Source: Promethearchaeota archaeon
GTDB taxonomy: Archaea > Asgardarchaeota > Lokiarchaeia > Sigyniarchaeales > SOKP01
Direction of reading: 5' to 3'
NCBI GenBank assembly: GCA_019058445.1
Contig: JAHPZA010000006.1
Span: forward strand, 1,024,001 to 1,088,000
Length of the DNA stretch: 64,000 nucleotides
Position numbers and translations under genes: made by a program. Position 1 is the first letter of the stretch. Every line of letters begins with the position of its first letter. The notes under the pieces were generated by a model. That model had not been told where the DNA came from, made no database searches, and worked only from the letters and a program-made list of their open reading frames with translations. This document shows positions 40,087 through 49,437 of the stretch, piece by piece.

Positions 40087-41490
40087 ATGGATATTAAGAA
40101 TAAAATCCCGATTCATATAGGATTATTCGGGCATATCGACTCAGGAAAGACGAGAATTGCTGCTGTTTTATCTGAAATAATCTCAACAGCAGGAATTGAT
40201 GCTCATCCGCAAAGTAAAGAACGAGGAATTACGATTGATTTAGGTTTTACAAGTTTTATCATTGATAAATATCTGGTTACTTTAGTAGATGGTCCTGGTC
40301 ATGCTGATTTGATTAAAATAAGTGCTTCTTCAGTAGAAATAATAGATTGTGCAATATTGGTTATTGATATCAATAAGGGCCCTCAGGTCCAGACCGGAGA
40401 GCACCTTATAATGATTGATTCATTAAAAATTGAAAATATAATCGTAATTCTCAATAAAATAGATATTTTCCAAGGAGATATTAATGAGGAGATTGAAAAG
40501 ACAAAGAAATTCTTTGCATCTACCATTTTTGGCTCAAATATCCCGATCTTTGCCGTATCTGCGAAAGCAAAAGAAGGCTTCGAAGATTTACGACATGGTA
40601 TTTTAAATACCATAGAATCTTTAGAAATTGAAAGAGATTATGGAGACGATATCATTATCCCTATTGATCACCATTTTTCTATTAAAGGTATGGGAGCGAT
40701 TATAACAGGAACTATTTTAAAGGGTAAATTAAGGTTAAATGAAACCCTAGAAATACTACCTCTAAAAACATCAGGAAGGATTAAAAACATTCAGATTTTT
40801 CATCAGAATGTTGATTCTGCAAAGGCAGGAGATCGAGTTGGTATAAATGTTAAAAACTTAGACGTTAAAAAAATTTATAGAGGATGTATTGCCACTAATA
40901 ATCCAAATGCGTTTGATTATTGTGATATATTAGAAATAAAAGTGAATAAAAATAAGTTATTTAAACCTGAAACTCAATTTGGGACACAAGTACATGTTAC
41001 AATAGGAATGTTTACAACTACTGGAAAAATATATCCCTATTTTGAATTGGACAAAAAAAAGATTCAAAGTAGTGCTGATAAGAAAGATATTGAGTTTAAA
41101 GCAATACTATGGTTAAATGAGAAAGTTTTGATCAATAAGGGAAAATCAATTATGCTCCTGAGTCGTTTAGATTTGCCTCCAACGACGCTTAGGATATTAG
41201 GGTCTGCACAGTTAATAGAAATTCATAAAGCACCACCTTTACTTCATAAGTTCAAAATAAAAAAAGGAAAAATTCAAAAGGATTTAATTTGTATAGGGCT
41301 CGCTCAATCTGCAGCTGGTGCAAAAAAAATTGTGGGCAGGCAACTAGAATCACCTTTTACTAAAATCTTGGACACTTTTGGAACCAAAGGAGCTGTAATC
41401 GTAGGAGTTGAAAGCACGGATATTGTGGTAAAGAAAGGCGATCCGGTTGTTTTAAAGGAATTAAGAAGTTTTTATCTAAAAAAGATTTAA
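40087..41490 (+). CDS. selB: Selenocysteine-specific elongation factor SelB/eEFSec
   Basis: GHIDSGKT, DAHPQSKERGITIDLGF, DGPGHADLI, QTGEHL, NKID, IDHHFSIKGMG, RLDLPPTTLRILG. Confidence 0.96.
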   Translation: MDIKNKIPIHIGLFGHIDSGKTRIAAVLSEIISTAGIDAHPQSKERGITIDLGFTSFIIDKYLVTLVDGPGHADLIKISASSVEIIDCAILVIDINKGPQVQTGEHLIMIDSLKIENIIVILNKIDIFQGDINEEIEKTKKFFASTIFGSNIPIFAVSAKAKEGFEDLRHGILNTIESLEIERDYGDDIIIPIDHHFSIKGMGAIITGTILKGKLRLNETLEILPLKTSGRIKNIQIFHQNVDSAKAGDRVGINVKNLDVKKIYRGCIATNNPNAFDYCDILEIKVNKNKLFKPETQFGTQVHVTIGMFTTTGKIYPYFELDKKKIQSSADKKDIEFKAILWLNEKVLINKGKSIMLLSRLDLPPTTLRILGSAQLIEIHKAPPLLHKFKIKKGKIQKDLICIGLAQSAAGAKKIVGRQLESPFTKILDTFGTKGAVIVGVESTDIVVKKGDPVVLKELRSFYLKKI

Positions 41491-41555
41491 ATTCTTAATC
41501 ATTTATAATATAATTAAGTTTCCTTTTATAAAATGCAAGGTTTGGATGAAAAAAC

Positions 41556-41960
41556 ATGGAAATTAAAATTGATCAAGAAGTCCTAGATGATTTGATGCGT
41601 TTACTTGAAACACTTGAAGGTAGCACTGATTTAGAAGCGACGGCAATTGTTTCAAAAACAGGTTTAAGAATTGCCAGCTCTGAAACAGCCGACGTTGTTG
41701 CAGATATCTATAGTGCAAGTCCTGCTACATTAATTTCCTTGGGCCAAAAAATTAGTCAAGGATTAGATCAGGGTGAATTGCAAGAGATTGTAATAAGAGG
41801 CACAAAAGGATATACTATTATTTTAGTGGGAGCACAAGATAATAATTACATGCTTTTTTCAAGCTGTAAAAAGGCATTTAAGCTCGGATACTATGTACAT
41901 AAGTTAAAAAAAGCGTTTGAAATAATGGAGCCTGTATTAAAACAAATCCCTACGGCATAA
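41556..41960 (+). CDS. Roadblock/LC7 domain protein
   Basis: ATAIVSKTGLRIAS..., GELQEIVIRGTKGY roadblock pattern. Confidence 0.88.
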   Translation: MEIKIDQEVLDDLMRLLETLEGSTDLEATAIVSKTGLRIASSETADVVADIYSASPATLISLGQKISQGLDQGELQEIVIRGTKGYTIILVGAQDNNYMLFSSCKKAFKLGYYVHKLKKAFEIMEPVLKQIPTA

Positions 41961-42117
41961 GGATAATTGATATACTTTTTCTGGAATTATCGTTAATAAT
42001 TGTTTACTTAAAGGGATTGTAAAATTCCAAGTTTGATAAATAAATTATTTATAGAAATTTCTAATGGAATTAATTCATTTTAAATCAAGAAATAAATAAA
42101 AAAAAAATATAAGAAAT

Positions 42118-44013
42118 TTAAACTAAACTCCATTCAATTTCATCTCCATCACGTAAATAATGTCTGTCAGCACCGTGACCAGGCTGTTCACCATTAACTT
42201 CATATACCCAATCACCCTCAACACCATCAATTTCAGTTACCAATATTCCCCAGCCGTAGTCTTCATATTTTATATCACAATATTTATCCAAAGCGTCCAA
42301 AACCGAAGTCTTTCCTTCTGTAAGGGTAAAATCTTTCCAGATTTTTACAGTACCATCTCCGAAATCTACTATCAGCGTAATATCTTCTACAACTTCTAAA
42401 GGGGTCTCATCGCTATCCTCATCAATAGAGGCTACGCCCGTTGAAAGCCAATAATTATATACTAATAAGGAACTAAAACATATAGCCCCCAAAATTCCGA
42501 TAAATATGTTTTTCAACATTTTAATATCTCTCTTCCATACTAACATGCTGAAAGACGCTGCTGCACCACATACTAAAAGCACAAAAGGTAACGTAAAATT
42601 ATCGTATTCAGTATCTCCCTTTTTCTCTGTAACATCAGTAATATAAATTGTTTTGGTGTATGGGTCAGGCGGTGGGATTGGATCAGACTCTTGATAAGAA
42701 AGGACTAGTTCCATCTCGAGTGAGAAATTGCCTGAAGTACTTTTAACCCACATCAAGAGCCCAGTGTATTTATCATAAGTGGTGGCTGAAAAGTTCACAC
42801 CCCCTGTTTTTATAAAGATAAATTTTATTGTCAAACCAGTCTCTTCAATTCTAAGAAATCCACCTGCATCTCCACCTGAACCTTCAAGAATCGCTTTTTC
42901 TTTTATTTTTGTTAAGTTATCTGTTGGAATAAGAAACCCGGAACTGAAGTTATTAAATCCAATATGTAAATTAAGCGCAGTTTCACTATTAGAGACGTTA
43001 TATATTGTATTGTTAATATTTAAAACTCCTGTAGTGTTCTCAATAAATGAAATATTTAACCACGGAATTGGGTTATCAAATATACTTTCATCATGAATAT
43101 CTTTGTTATACTCACCTGTAAAATTAACTTTTATTATTCCAGTTGCGTTTGTATTAACATATCCTTGAAATTCATCAGTGAAATTAACCCATTTTAATGG
43201 TTCACCAAAATTTTTTACTGTGTAATTGAAAGGCAAATCCCGATTAAAAGTAAAATTTAGTGTTTTAATTTCCAGGCTATATTGGCCTAATGATGCGTTT
43301 GCCCAAACTAATAATCCCGTCCATCTATCGTAAATCAAACTAGTCTTCAATCCACCTATATTTTCATGTTCGACATATAAGAAATTATACGACTCCTCCA
43401 CAATAGACTGCCCCGGAAAATAACCTGTAGAGGCATGATCTATTGCCAATTTCTTAACATTTGTTAGATTATCAATTGGGATTAGGAAGCCCGGTTGAAA
43501 ACTACTATAACCAAGGATGAGATTATTAGATAATTCGGTATTTGACCTGTTAGTTAAAGTAAAATTACTTACTAACACTCCAGCATCATTTTTAATTATT
43601 TCAATATCCATCCAAGGGATTGGATCATCAAACTCATCACCCCAATTATTAGGATCCTTATCAAAAAAACCAGTAAAATTTATTTTGATTTGCCCACCAA
43701 CTTTTGGCTCCCAATCTCCCTCATACGAATCTCCAGGCCAGCTTGTGAAATTATACCACCCAGCAGGTCCACCAAAATCGGTTACATTATAGACATATTC
43801 TCCATCTAAATCTAAATCTTGACTATATGTTATGGGAATAGAAGACGATTTAGGATTAACCTGTGTTCTAAAGTCGCGATTTGAAGAATATGCAATTTCA
43901 TCTTCAAATGAATTATTTTGGAGTGCTGAAAATAGAAATATAGCTCCGAGTATCATAAAAAAGATGAAAAAGCATATCAATAACAGCTTTTTATTTGCTA
44001 TTTGATTTTTCAT
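42118..44013 (-). CDS. Membrane-anchored protein with a duplicated extracellular domain and C-terminal DUF4430 (transcobalamin-like) domain
   Basis: C-terminus ITLIVDFG...SVLDAL...YGWGILVTEIDG...WVYEVNG...GAD.H.L.DGD.I.W; internal repeat of about 190 aa. Confidence 0.82.
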   Translation of the reverse strand: MKNQIANKKLLLICFFIFFMILGAIFLFSALQNNSFEDEIAYSSNRDFRTQVNPKSSSIPITYSQDLDLDGEYVYNVTDFGGPAGWYNFTSWPGDSYEGDWEPKVGGQIKINFTGFFDKDPNNWGDEFDDPIPWMDIEIIKNDAGVLVSNFTLTNRSNTELSNNLILGYSSFQPGFLIPIDNLTNVKKLAIDHASTGYFPGQSIVEESYNFLYVEHENIGGLKTSLIYDRWTGLLVWANASLGQYSLEIKTLNFTFNRDLPFNYTVKNFGEPLKWVNFTDEFQGYVNTNATGIIKVNFTGEYNKDIHDESIFDNPIPWLNISFIENTTGVLNINNTIYNVSNSETALNLHIGFNNFSSGFLIPTDNLTKIKEKAILEGSGGDAGGFLRIEETGLTIKFIFIKTGGVNFSATTYDKYTGLLMWVKSTSGNFSLEMELVLSYQESDPIPPPDPYTKTIYITDVTEKKGDTEYDNFTLPFVLLVCGAAASFSMLVWKRDIKMLKNIFIGILGAICFSSLLVYNYWLSTGVASIDEDSDETPLEVVEDITLIVDFGDGTVKIWKDFTLTEGKTSVLDALDKYCDIKYEDYGWGILVTEIDGVEGDWVYEVNGEQPGHGADRHYLRDGDEIEWSLV

Positions 44014-44125
44014 TTTTATTTTTAGTCAAATGATTTTTTATATTAATAGAAGGTTGTTTGAATAGGAAACATAACCTATATTTTTAAATTATGATTAATT
44101 AATGTAAGTAAGTATAAAAACATAG

Positions 44126-44164
44126 TGGGTAATTTACCCTACGATCTCTAGGGTTCTAGACCCA
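44126..44164. promoter_or_regulatory. Tandem GGGT-N5-ACCC palindromes between divergent DUF4430 and ECF-S genes
   Basis: GGGTAATTTACCC (44127-44139) and GGGTTCTAGACCC (44151-44163) in an otherwise AT-rich spacer. Confidence 0.55.
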
Positions 44165-44226
44165 ATAAATTATGTTTCCAAGATAAATTATTTAATTCAC
44201 ACTATAAGAAGAGAATTATACTGGAA

Positions 44227-44865
44227 TTGACACGCATGAATGAAAAACAAAAGTTAGAATTTGAAGAGTCTGAAAAGTCGAATGGAACTCCTTGGCTTGA
44301 AAGGAGCACCTTTAGAATTGCTCTATTAAGTACTTTTACTGCGTTATCAGTAGTATTAGGTTATATGTTAGTCTTTCTCCCGAATATCGAAATATTTACA
44401 CTAATGATATTTTTAACGGGCTTTATACTTGGGAAACGAGACGGAGCAATCTCAGGATTAATGAGCTCATTTATTTTTGTCTTTTTTAATCCTTATGGTG
44501 TGTCACCTTTACCATTATTTGCATATCAGTTAGCACATTATTCTTTAGTTGGCATTTTAGGCGGAATTTCCCATAGTCTTTTGCGTAAAAAGGACTATTT
44601 CAAACCAGAAGAAGATTTGTATGTATTTCGTGTGCTCTTAATTTTTGCAATAATTGGAGCAGTAGTGACATTTGTCTATGATATACTCTCCACATTGATT
44701 GGAGCCTTAAGTATATTCGGAACGCTAGATACTTTTTGGGCAACCTATTTAATTGGATTACCATTCACAACTGTACATCTTATCGGGAATACCCTTGGTT
44801 TTATTTTTATTCTCCCAGGGTTAATCCAGTTGATATATAAAATGCTTGATATTACTGATGATTAA
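44227..44865 (+). CDS. ECF transporter S component (CbrT-like, probably cobalamin)
   Basis: IALLSTFTAL....Y....LPNIE..T...F..G..LG motif, about 6 TM helices, GLPF...H..GN; divergent from the DUF4430 gene. Confidence 0.82.
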   Translation: MTRMNEKQKLEFEESEKSNGTPWLERSTFRIALLSTFTALSVVLGYMLVFLPNIEIFTLMIFLTGFILGKRDGAISGLMSSFIFVFFNPYGVSPLPLFAYQLAHYSLVGILGGISHSLLRKKDYFKPEEDLYVFRVLLIFAIIGAVVTFVYDILSTLIGALSIFGTLDTFWATYLIGLPFTTVHLIGNTLGFIFILPGLIQLIYKMLDITDD

Positions 44866-44959
44866 ATAACTAACTAAACCTATCTAATTTTTTCTAATTA
44901 CACAAGAAAAAGAATTGAGTTAATTATCAATAATCTAAAAAATATAAATAATTTTAAAC

Positions 44960-45439
44960 TTACTTTGCTTCTGAGAGAATTGTAACTTTCCCTCCAGCCT
45001 CTTCAATTTTTTGTACGGCTCGTTCAGAAGCCTTGTTTACAGTTAAGTTTATTTTTTTATTGATTTCTCCACGACCGAGAAGCTTTTGAATGTTAACACT
45101 TTCCAAATTAAGAGTATAAGTATCTCCAGATTTGGTTGCTTTTTTCTCTTCCACAAATTTTTCGATTTTATAATCTAAATCTTTCACATTAACGGTATTA
45201 ATTGTAGAGAGTCGAACCATATCTTGAGGTCTTTTAAATCCTTTTTTCCCCATATCCCAATCAGGATCGGGAAAGCCAAGTTCTTTTTGTTTTAAATAGA
45301 AGGATTTTTTACTTTTTTTCCATTGAGTTGTTTTTCCCTTTCCAGCTCGTTGTCCGGTCTTTCTATGTTGTCCCACTCTCCCATACCCAATGGTACGGGT
45401 TCCTCTCTTTTTTCTAATTTTTTTAGGATACTTTCTCAT
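44960..45439 (-). CDS. rpl15: 50S ribosomal protein uL15
   Basis: RGTRTIGYGRVGQHRK, GKKGFKRP, KLLGRG, AVQKIEEAGG. Confidence 0.97.
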   Translation of the reverse strand: MRKYPKKIRKKRGTRTIGYGRVGQHRKTGQRAGKGKTTQWKKSKKSFYLKQKELGFPDPDWDMGKKGFKRPQDMVRLSTINTVNVKDLDYKIEKFVEEKKATKSGDTYTLNLESVNIQKLLGRGEINKKINLTVNKASERAVQKIEEAGGKVTILSEAK

Positions 45440-45457
45440 ATCTAAGGTATCTCCTCA

Positions 45458-45994
45458 CTATAGCATTTTATGAATTATATCATTGATATAAGGTCCAACA
45501 TTTCCTAAAGTTCCTCCCTCACCATAATGCTTTTTGATATTACCTCTATGACCTTTTCGAGGGGGATGTAATCGAAATACTGGTTTAAGCTTATACACAT
45601 CATTTTCTCGATATTGTATTTTACCATCTAATAGAGCTTTCGCAAATTCACTGATATTTTTATATTCGGTTAAATTTTTAAGATGCTCATCTGTGAGTGG
45701 TTTATTTCCCTCAATTCTTCCTCTTACTCTTAGTAAACGTACTAAGGTTTTTTCTTCAATCTCTCCGAACGCAATATAGTCTTTACATTTATTTAGCATG
45801 CCTCGATAACTTTTTTCTGCCCAGATTAGCACTCCATGATTTACTTTATGCATTCTTAGCATCTTTAAAGTATCTAATATCTTTCTTTTCATACCCGGAG
45901 CTCCCCTAATCCGAACTGCAAAATAAAGTTTGGGGGTATACGTATCGTGTTTTATTTTTGCTTTTTTATTTGTTGCCATAACCATATCCACCAC
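45458..45994 (-). CDS. rpl30: 50S ribosomal protein uL30
   Basis: AVRIRG, DTLKMLRM, KDYIAFGEI, FRLHPPRKG; likely start ATG 45979. Confidence 0.97.
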   Translation of the reverse strand: MVDMVMATNKKAKIKHDTYTPKLYFAVRIRGAPGMKRKILDTLKMLRMHKVNHGVLIWAEKSYRGMLNKCKDYIAFGEIEEKTLVRLLRVRGRIEGNKPLTDEHLKNLTEYKNISEFAKALLDGKIQYRENDVYKLKPVFRLHPPRKGHRGNIKKHYGEGGTLGNVGPYINDIIHKML

Positions 45995-46001
45995 TCAATA
46001 A

Positions 46002-46616
46002 TTATACATTAAAATTGTATTTATGAGCATTTTTAAGAGCGTCAAATGTTGCTTTTACGAGATTCTCACTTGTTCGAGTATCTCCATAAGTTTTACTCCA
46101 AATATCTTCTATGCCGCAAAGTCTTAAGACTTGTTTAACTTTATCGGCACATGCCAATCCAACTCCAGCAGGAGATGGAATTAAATTAATCTTAACACTT
46201 CCACACTTACCACTAATTTTGAATGGGATACTGTGAGTTCCACCGCATCCACATTCTTTGCTTCCACAACCCCTTTGAACGGGAACTACGGAGAGTTTTG
46301 CTTTATCTATTGCTTTTCTAATTGCAGGTCCAACTTCTCTACTCTTTGCTGCACCTACACCTAAAAATCCATCAGCACCTACGATAACCACCGCTTTAAA
46401 TCTACTACGCTGTCCACTGGCTGTCATTTGTTGTACCATCTTTATGGTAATTACGTCTTCGCGGAGTTGTGGGAGAAGTATATCTATAATTTCTTTTTCT
46501 TTTACAACTAAATTATTTTGAAAAATCCGAGGTAAGTCGATTAATCCCTCTTTGACTAATTCTCCGAGTTTAGTTTTCGGAATCCATTCTTCTTCTATTC
46601 TTCTTGTTCGACTCAT
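46002..46616 (-). CDS. rps5: 30S ribosomal protein uS5
   Basis: WIPKTKLG, SGQRSRFK, RGCGSKEC, HSIPFK..GKCGSV. Confidence 0.97.
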   Translation of the reverse strand: MSRTRRIEEEWIPKTKLGELVKEGLIDLPRIFQNNLVVKEKEIIDILLPQLREDVITIKMVQQMTASGQRSRFKAVVIVGADGFLGVGAAKSREVGPAIRKAIDKAKLSVVPVQRGCGSKECGCGGTHSIPFKISGKCGSVKINLIPSPAGVGLACADKVKQVLRLCGIEDIWSKTYGDTRTSENLVKATFDALKNAHKYNFNV

Positions 46617-46635
46617 TTAAATTTCTCTCTTAAAA

Positions 46636-47229
46636 TTAAGCAGTATTTTCTATTTTTTGTAAAGTATTTGATATAATTTTACTAATTTTATTAGGGTCTA
46701 TTTTATTTTTCTTTAAATATCCAGAAAAGATTTGGTCATATTTTTCTGGCTCACTCTGTTTTAGAATTTTCGCATAATTCTCAATATGAGTTCCCTTGAT
46801 TCTTTCTTCTAAATTCTTAGGAAAGAAGTCCTCTTTATGGGGTACTTCAATTCCCGCATCTAATAGTCCTTTAAAGGCAGCAAGGACACGATTTCTGTGG
46901 TAAAATATGCCTAAATCAAGAATCGCATCATTAATATTATTCTTTTTAGCTCTTATTCCCGCCAAATAGCCTGTAAGATAGGAGGCGGGTATATTTCCTG
47001 TATTTGCTTTATAGTCATATTTTTTTAATAATTCTCCAGAAAATGCTGATACTAAAATTTTATCCCCTGCTTTTTTAGATTCAACAATTTGAACGACTAT
47101 ATGATTATTCGAGGCCCGAATGACAACTCTTAATTTTCTTGACTTTAATAGCTTCATTCTTCTATGATAATTAGTTTTTCCTTCATACCTCCTCCTTTTG
47201 GCTACTCTATACCTGGGTCCATGCGCCAT
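46636..47229 (-). CDS. rpl18: 50S ribosomal protein uL18
   Basis: MAHGPRYRV..RRR.EGKTNY, NIPASYLTG, ILDLG. Confidence 0.97.
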   Translation of the reverse strand: MAHGPRYRVAKRRRYEGKTNYHRRMKLLKSRKLRVVIRASNNHIVVQIVESKKAGDKILVSAFSGELLKKYDYKANTGNIPASYLTGYLAGIRAKKNNINDAILDLGIFYHRNRVLAAFKGLLDAGIEVPHKEDFFPKNLEERIKGTHIENYAKILKQSEPEKYDQIFSGYLKKNKIDPNKISKIISNTLQKIENTA

Positions 47230-47231
47230 AT

Positions 47232-47687
47232 TTACCTACCTCGTCTTTGTAATTCTTTATCTTTAATATAGCGATTTAACTGCCTCACACTATTAAACAT
47301 CCCACCTTTGGCATTTTTATAAAGTTTGCGGTAATTAGCGGGAGATATTAATTTTCGATCTCGCAATTTTCTTAATTCTCTTCTAATGGGACGAATTCGC
47401 TTTATGTATGCTCTTTTCTTTGGCATACGAGCTGTTTTAGGGCCTTTTCTTTTTCCTAAGCCTCTTGCTAATCCTTTTTTCTTTCTTTCATGTCGAATAG
47501 TTTTTCTATGCTTAGAAATTCCTTTTTTGTATTTCTTCTGAATAATACCTTCTTTAATTAAATTTCGGATATCTTCTCTCGTTATTGCCATTTTAATTTC
47601 ATCCATGAGATATGGGTCAAAATACACCCTATTTTCTCCACATTTTAAAATATCCGCTGCTATTCTTTTTTGCGCAGTTAAATTCAT
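47232..47687 (-). CDS. rpl19e: 50S ribosomal protein L19e
   Basis: QKRIAADILKCG.NRV, AITREDIR.LI, GKRKG. Confidence 0.97.
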   Translation of the reverse strand: MNLTAQKRIAADILKCGENRVYFDPYLMDEIKMAITREDIRNLIKEGIIQKKYKKGISKHRKTIRHERKKKGLARGLGKRKGPKTARMPKKRAYIKRIRPIRRELRKLRDRKLISPANYRKLYKNAKGGMFNSVRQLNRYIKDKELQRRGR

Positions 47688-47708
47688 TTTTCATCACATT
47701 GATTTTTA

Positions 47709-48221
47709 TTAATCTTCATCTTCTATTTCTTCTTCATCAAAAGAGTCTTCAAGATCCTCCTCATCTAAATAATCTTCGTCATCTTCTATACCCTCTAATG
47801 ACGATTCTAACAGAGCTTCATATTCTTCCATCTCTCTTTGAGTTACCCCAATGTTAAGAATTTTAAAATTTCTTTTCTGAGCTTGATCAATTATTTCTAT
47901 TCGTTTCTTAGCTCCTAATCTTCTCGCTATTTTGAGGGCATGTTTTTTAGGATTTAACTTTTCTAAATCACTTAACATTTCAACTCTGGTTTCTTGGTAA
48001 CCAGAAGGATGTAAACCTCGTATTTTTTTAGGAGTTCTATATCCAATTGAAGGGGATTTTACTCCTGACTTAGTTTTCTTTCTCGTTTGACTATCAATAC
48101 CTCTAGCTTTTCTCCATGAATCTTTAACTCTTACATATCTCCAAGATTCAACTCTTCTAAATGAAGGTTTTTTCTTTTTCATGTTTTTTCGAATTTCCAA
48201 TAATCTTTCTTTTTCTGTCAT
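47709..48221 (-). CDS. rpl32e: 50S ribosomal protein L32e with acidic C-terminal tail
   Basis: KPSFRR, WRKARGIDS, GYRTPK..RGLHPSG. Confidence 0.97.
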   Translation of the reverse strand: MTEKERLLEIRKNMKKKKPSFRRVESWRYVRVKDSWRKARGIDSQTRKKTKSGVKSPSIGYRTPKKIRGLHPSGYQETRVEMLSDLEKLNPKKHALKIARRLGAKKRIEIIDQAQKRNFKILNIGVTQREMEEYEALLESSLEGIEDDEDYLDEEDLEDSFDEEEIEDED

Positions 48222-48246
48222 GTTTTTTACCCCTTATTTTTAATCA

Positions 48247-48828
48247 TTATTGTATTTCCCAAATAATTTCATTCCCAATTTGTTTTTTGTATAGATATAC
48301 TCCATCTTGAAAAACACGAGGATCTTTTTTTCGAATACGGCAAGCTCTTTTAACATTTGCCGCTGTTAAACCTAAAGCTTCTTTATCTGGTCCGATAAAG
48401 TATACATCATCACCCTTTACTTCAATTTTTACATTATCAGGAAATTTTGCTTTTCTTGGTGCCCTTTCACCTAAAAAGTTGACGACATGAATTTCTTTTA
48501 TCTTTTCCTTAACCTCTACGGTACAGGGAAAATGCGAATAACAAATTTTTGAAACATATTTATAATTATCCTTTACTCCTATGACTAGATTATTTATAAT
48601 ATTAATAATTGTCTTAGCTAAAGCGAGAGTTGTATTTCTAGGGAAGTGTGCGGTAAATTGTAATTTATTACCTTGAAGTTCAATTTTTATCCCTCTCGCA
48701 TGACCAAAATCTTTTGTAATCGGCCCTCCTTTAGGTCCTTTCACAGTAATAAGGTTATTACCTTCAATTTTCACATCCACATCTTTCGGGATTTCCAGTG
48801 ATTCATCAAAAAACGCTACTTTAACCAT
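48247..48828 (-). CDS. rpl6: 50S ribosomal protein uL6
   Basis: VKGPKG, YSHFP, NFLGERAPR, DPRVFQDGVY. Confidence 0.97.
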   Translation of the reverse strand: MVKVAFFDESLEIPKDVDVKIEGNNLITVKGPKGGPITKDFGHARGIKIELQGNKLQFTAHFPRNTTLALAKTIINIINNLVIGVKDNYKYVSKICYSHFPCTVEVKEKIKEIHVVNFLGERAPRKAKFPDNVKIEVKGDDVYFIGPDKEALGLTAANVKRACRIRKKDPRVFQDGVYLYKKQIGNEIIWEIQ

Positions 48829-48850
48829 TCTGATTTACCTCATGATTCTA

Positions 48851-49234
48851 TTAATAAATATAACATAAAGTATGACCGCCAATACGCTTTTCTTCTGCCT
48901 CTTTCATTGTCATGATGCCTTGATTCGTGGTTAAAATAATTACCCCTAGCCCAGGAGCGGGTAATAACCTTCTTTCTAAAGCTTCATATTGGTTTACCTT
49001 ATAATTTAGACGCATTAAAGCCTTACATTCATTTATTTTTCCTAACAAGGCTATTTTGAATTTTCCTTGCCTCCCATCATCATATCTCTCAAATTCGCCA
49101 ATATAAGCATGTTTCTGAAAGATTCGAAGAATACGTTGTATTAAATTTGATGCAGGACTAATAATTACCTCTTTTTTCTTCGCAAATTCTGCATTTTTTA
49201 GCATATTCGCCATATCGGCCAAAGTATTAACCAT
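48851..49234 (-). CDS. rps8: 30S ribosomal protein uS8
   Basis: YIGEFE..DDGRQGK, LLPAPG.G..ILTTNQG, IGG. Confidence 0.97.
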   Translation of the reverse strand: MVNTLADMANMLKNAEFAKKKEVIISPASNLIQRILRIFQKHAYIGEFERYDDGRQGKFKIALLGKINECKALMRLNYKVNQYEALERRLLPAPGLGVIILTTNQGIMTMKEAEEKRIGGHTLCYIY

Positions 49235-49266
49235 ATTTTTTCACATTTTTAATCTATAATTTAATT

Positions 49267-49416
49267 CTATTCATAACGACGAAATCCAATGTCTTTGCCA
49301 ATCTCATAGAAACAGCGTCTACAAAGATACAGACCGTACCTTCTGATTAATCCTCTATGAGTATGGCATCTTCTACATTCACGGATTCCTTTACCATGTT
49401 TTTTTGATTGCGGTAT
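49267..49416 (-). CDS. rps14: 30S ribosomal protein uS14 (zinc-binding), apparent ATA start; not in ORF track
   Basis: (M)PQSKKHGKGIRECRRCHTHRGLIRRYGLYLCRRCFYEIGKDIGFRRYE*; conserved position between L5 and S8. Confidence 0.95.
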   Translation of the reverse strand: MPQSKKHGKGIRECRRCHTHRGLIRRYGLYLCRRCFYEIGKDIGFRRYE

Positions 49417-49437
49417 AATTATTCACTCCCTATTGTA

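Noticed and set aside
44014-44226. Cobalamin riboswitch in the DUF4430/ECF-S spacer
   Set aside because: No recognisable GGGAA / GCCACTG / B12-box core; the region is too AT-rich
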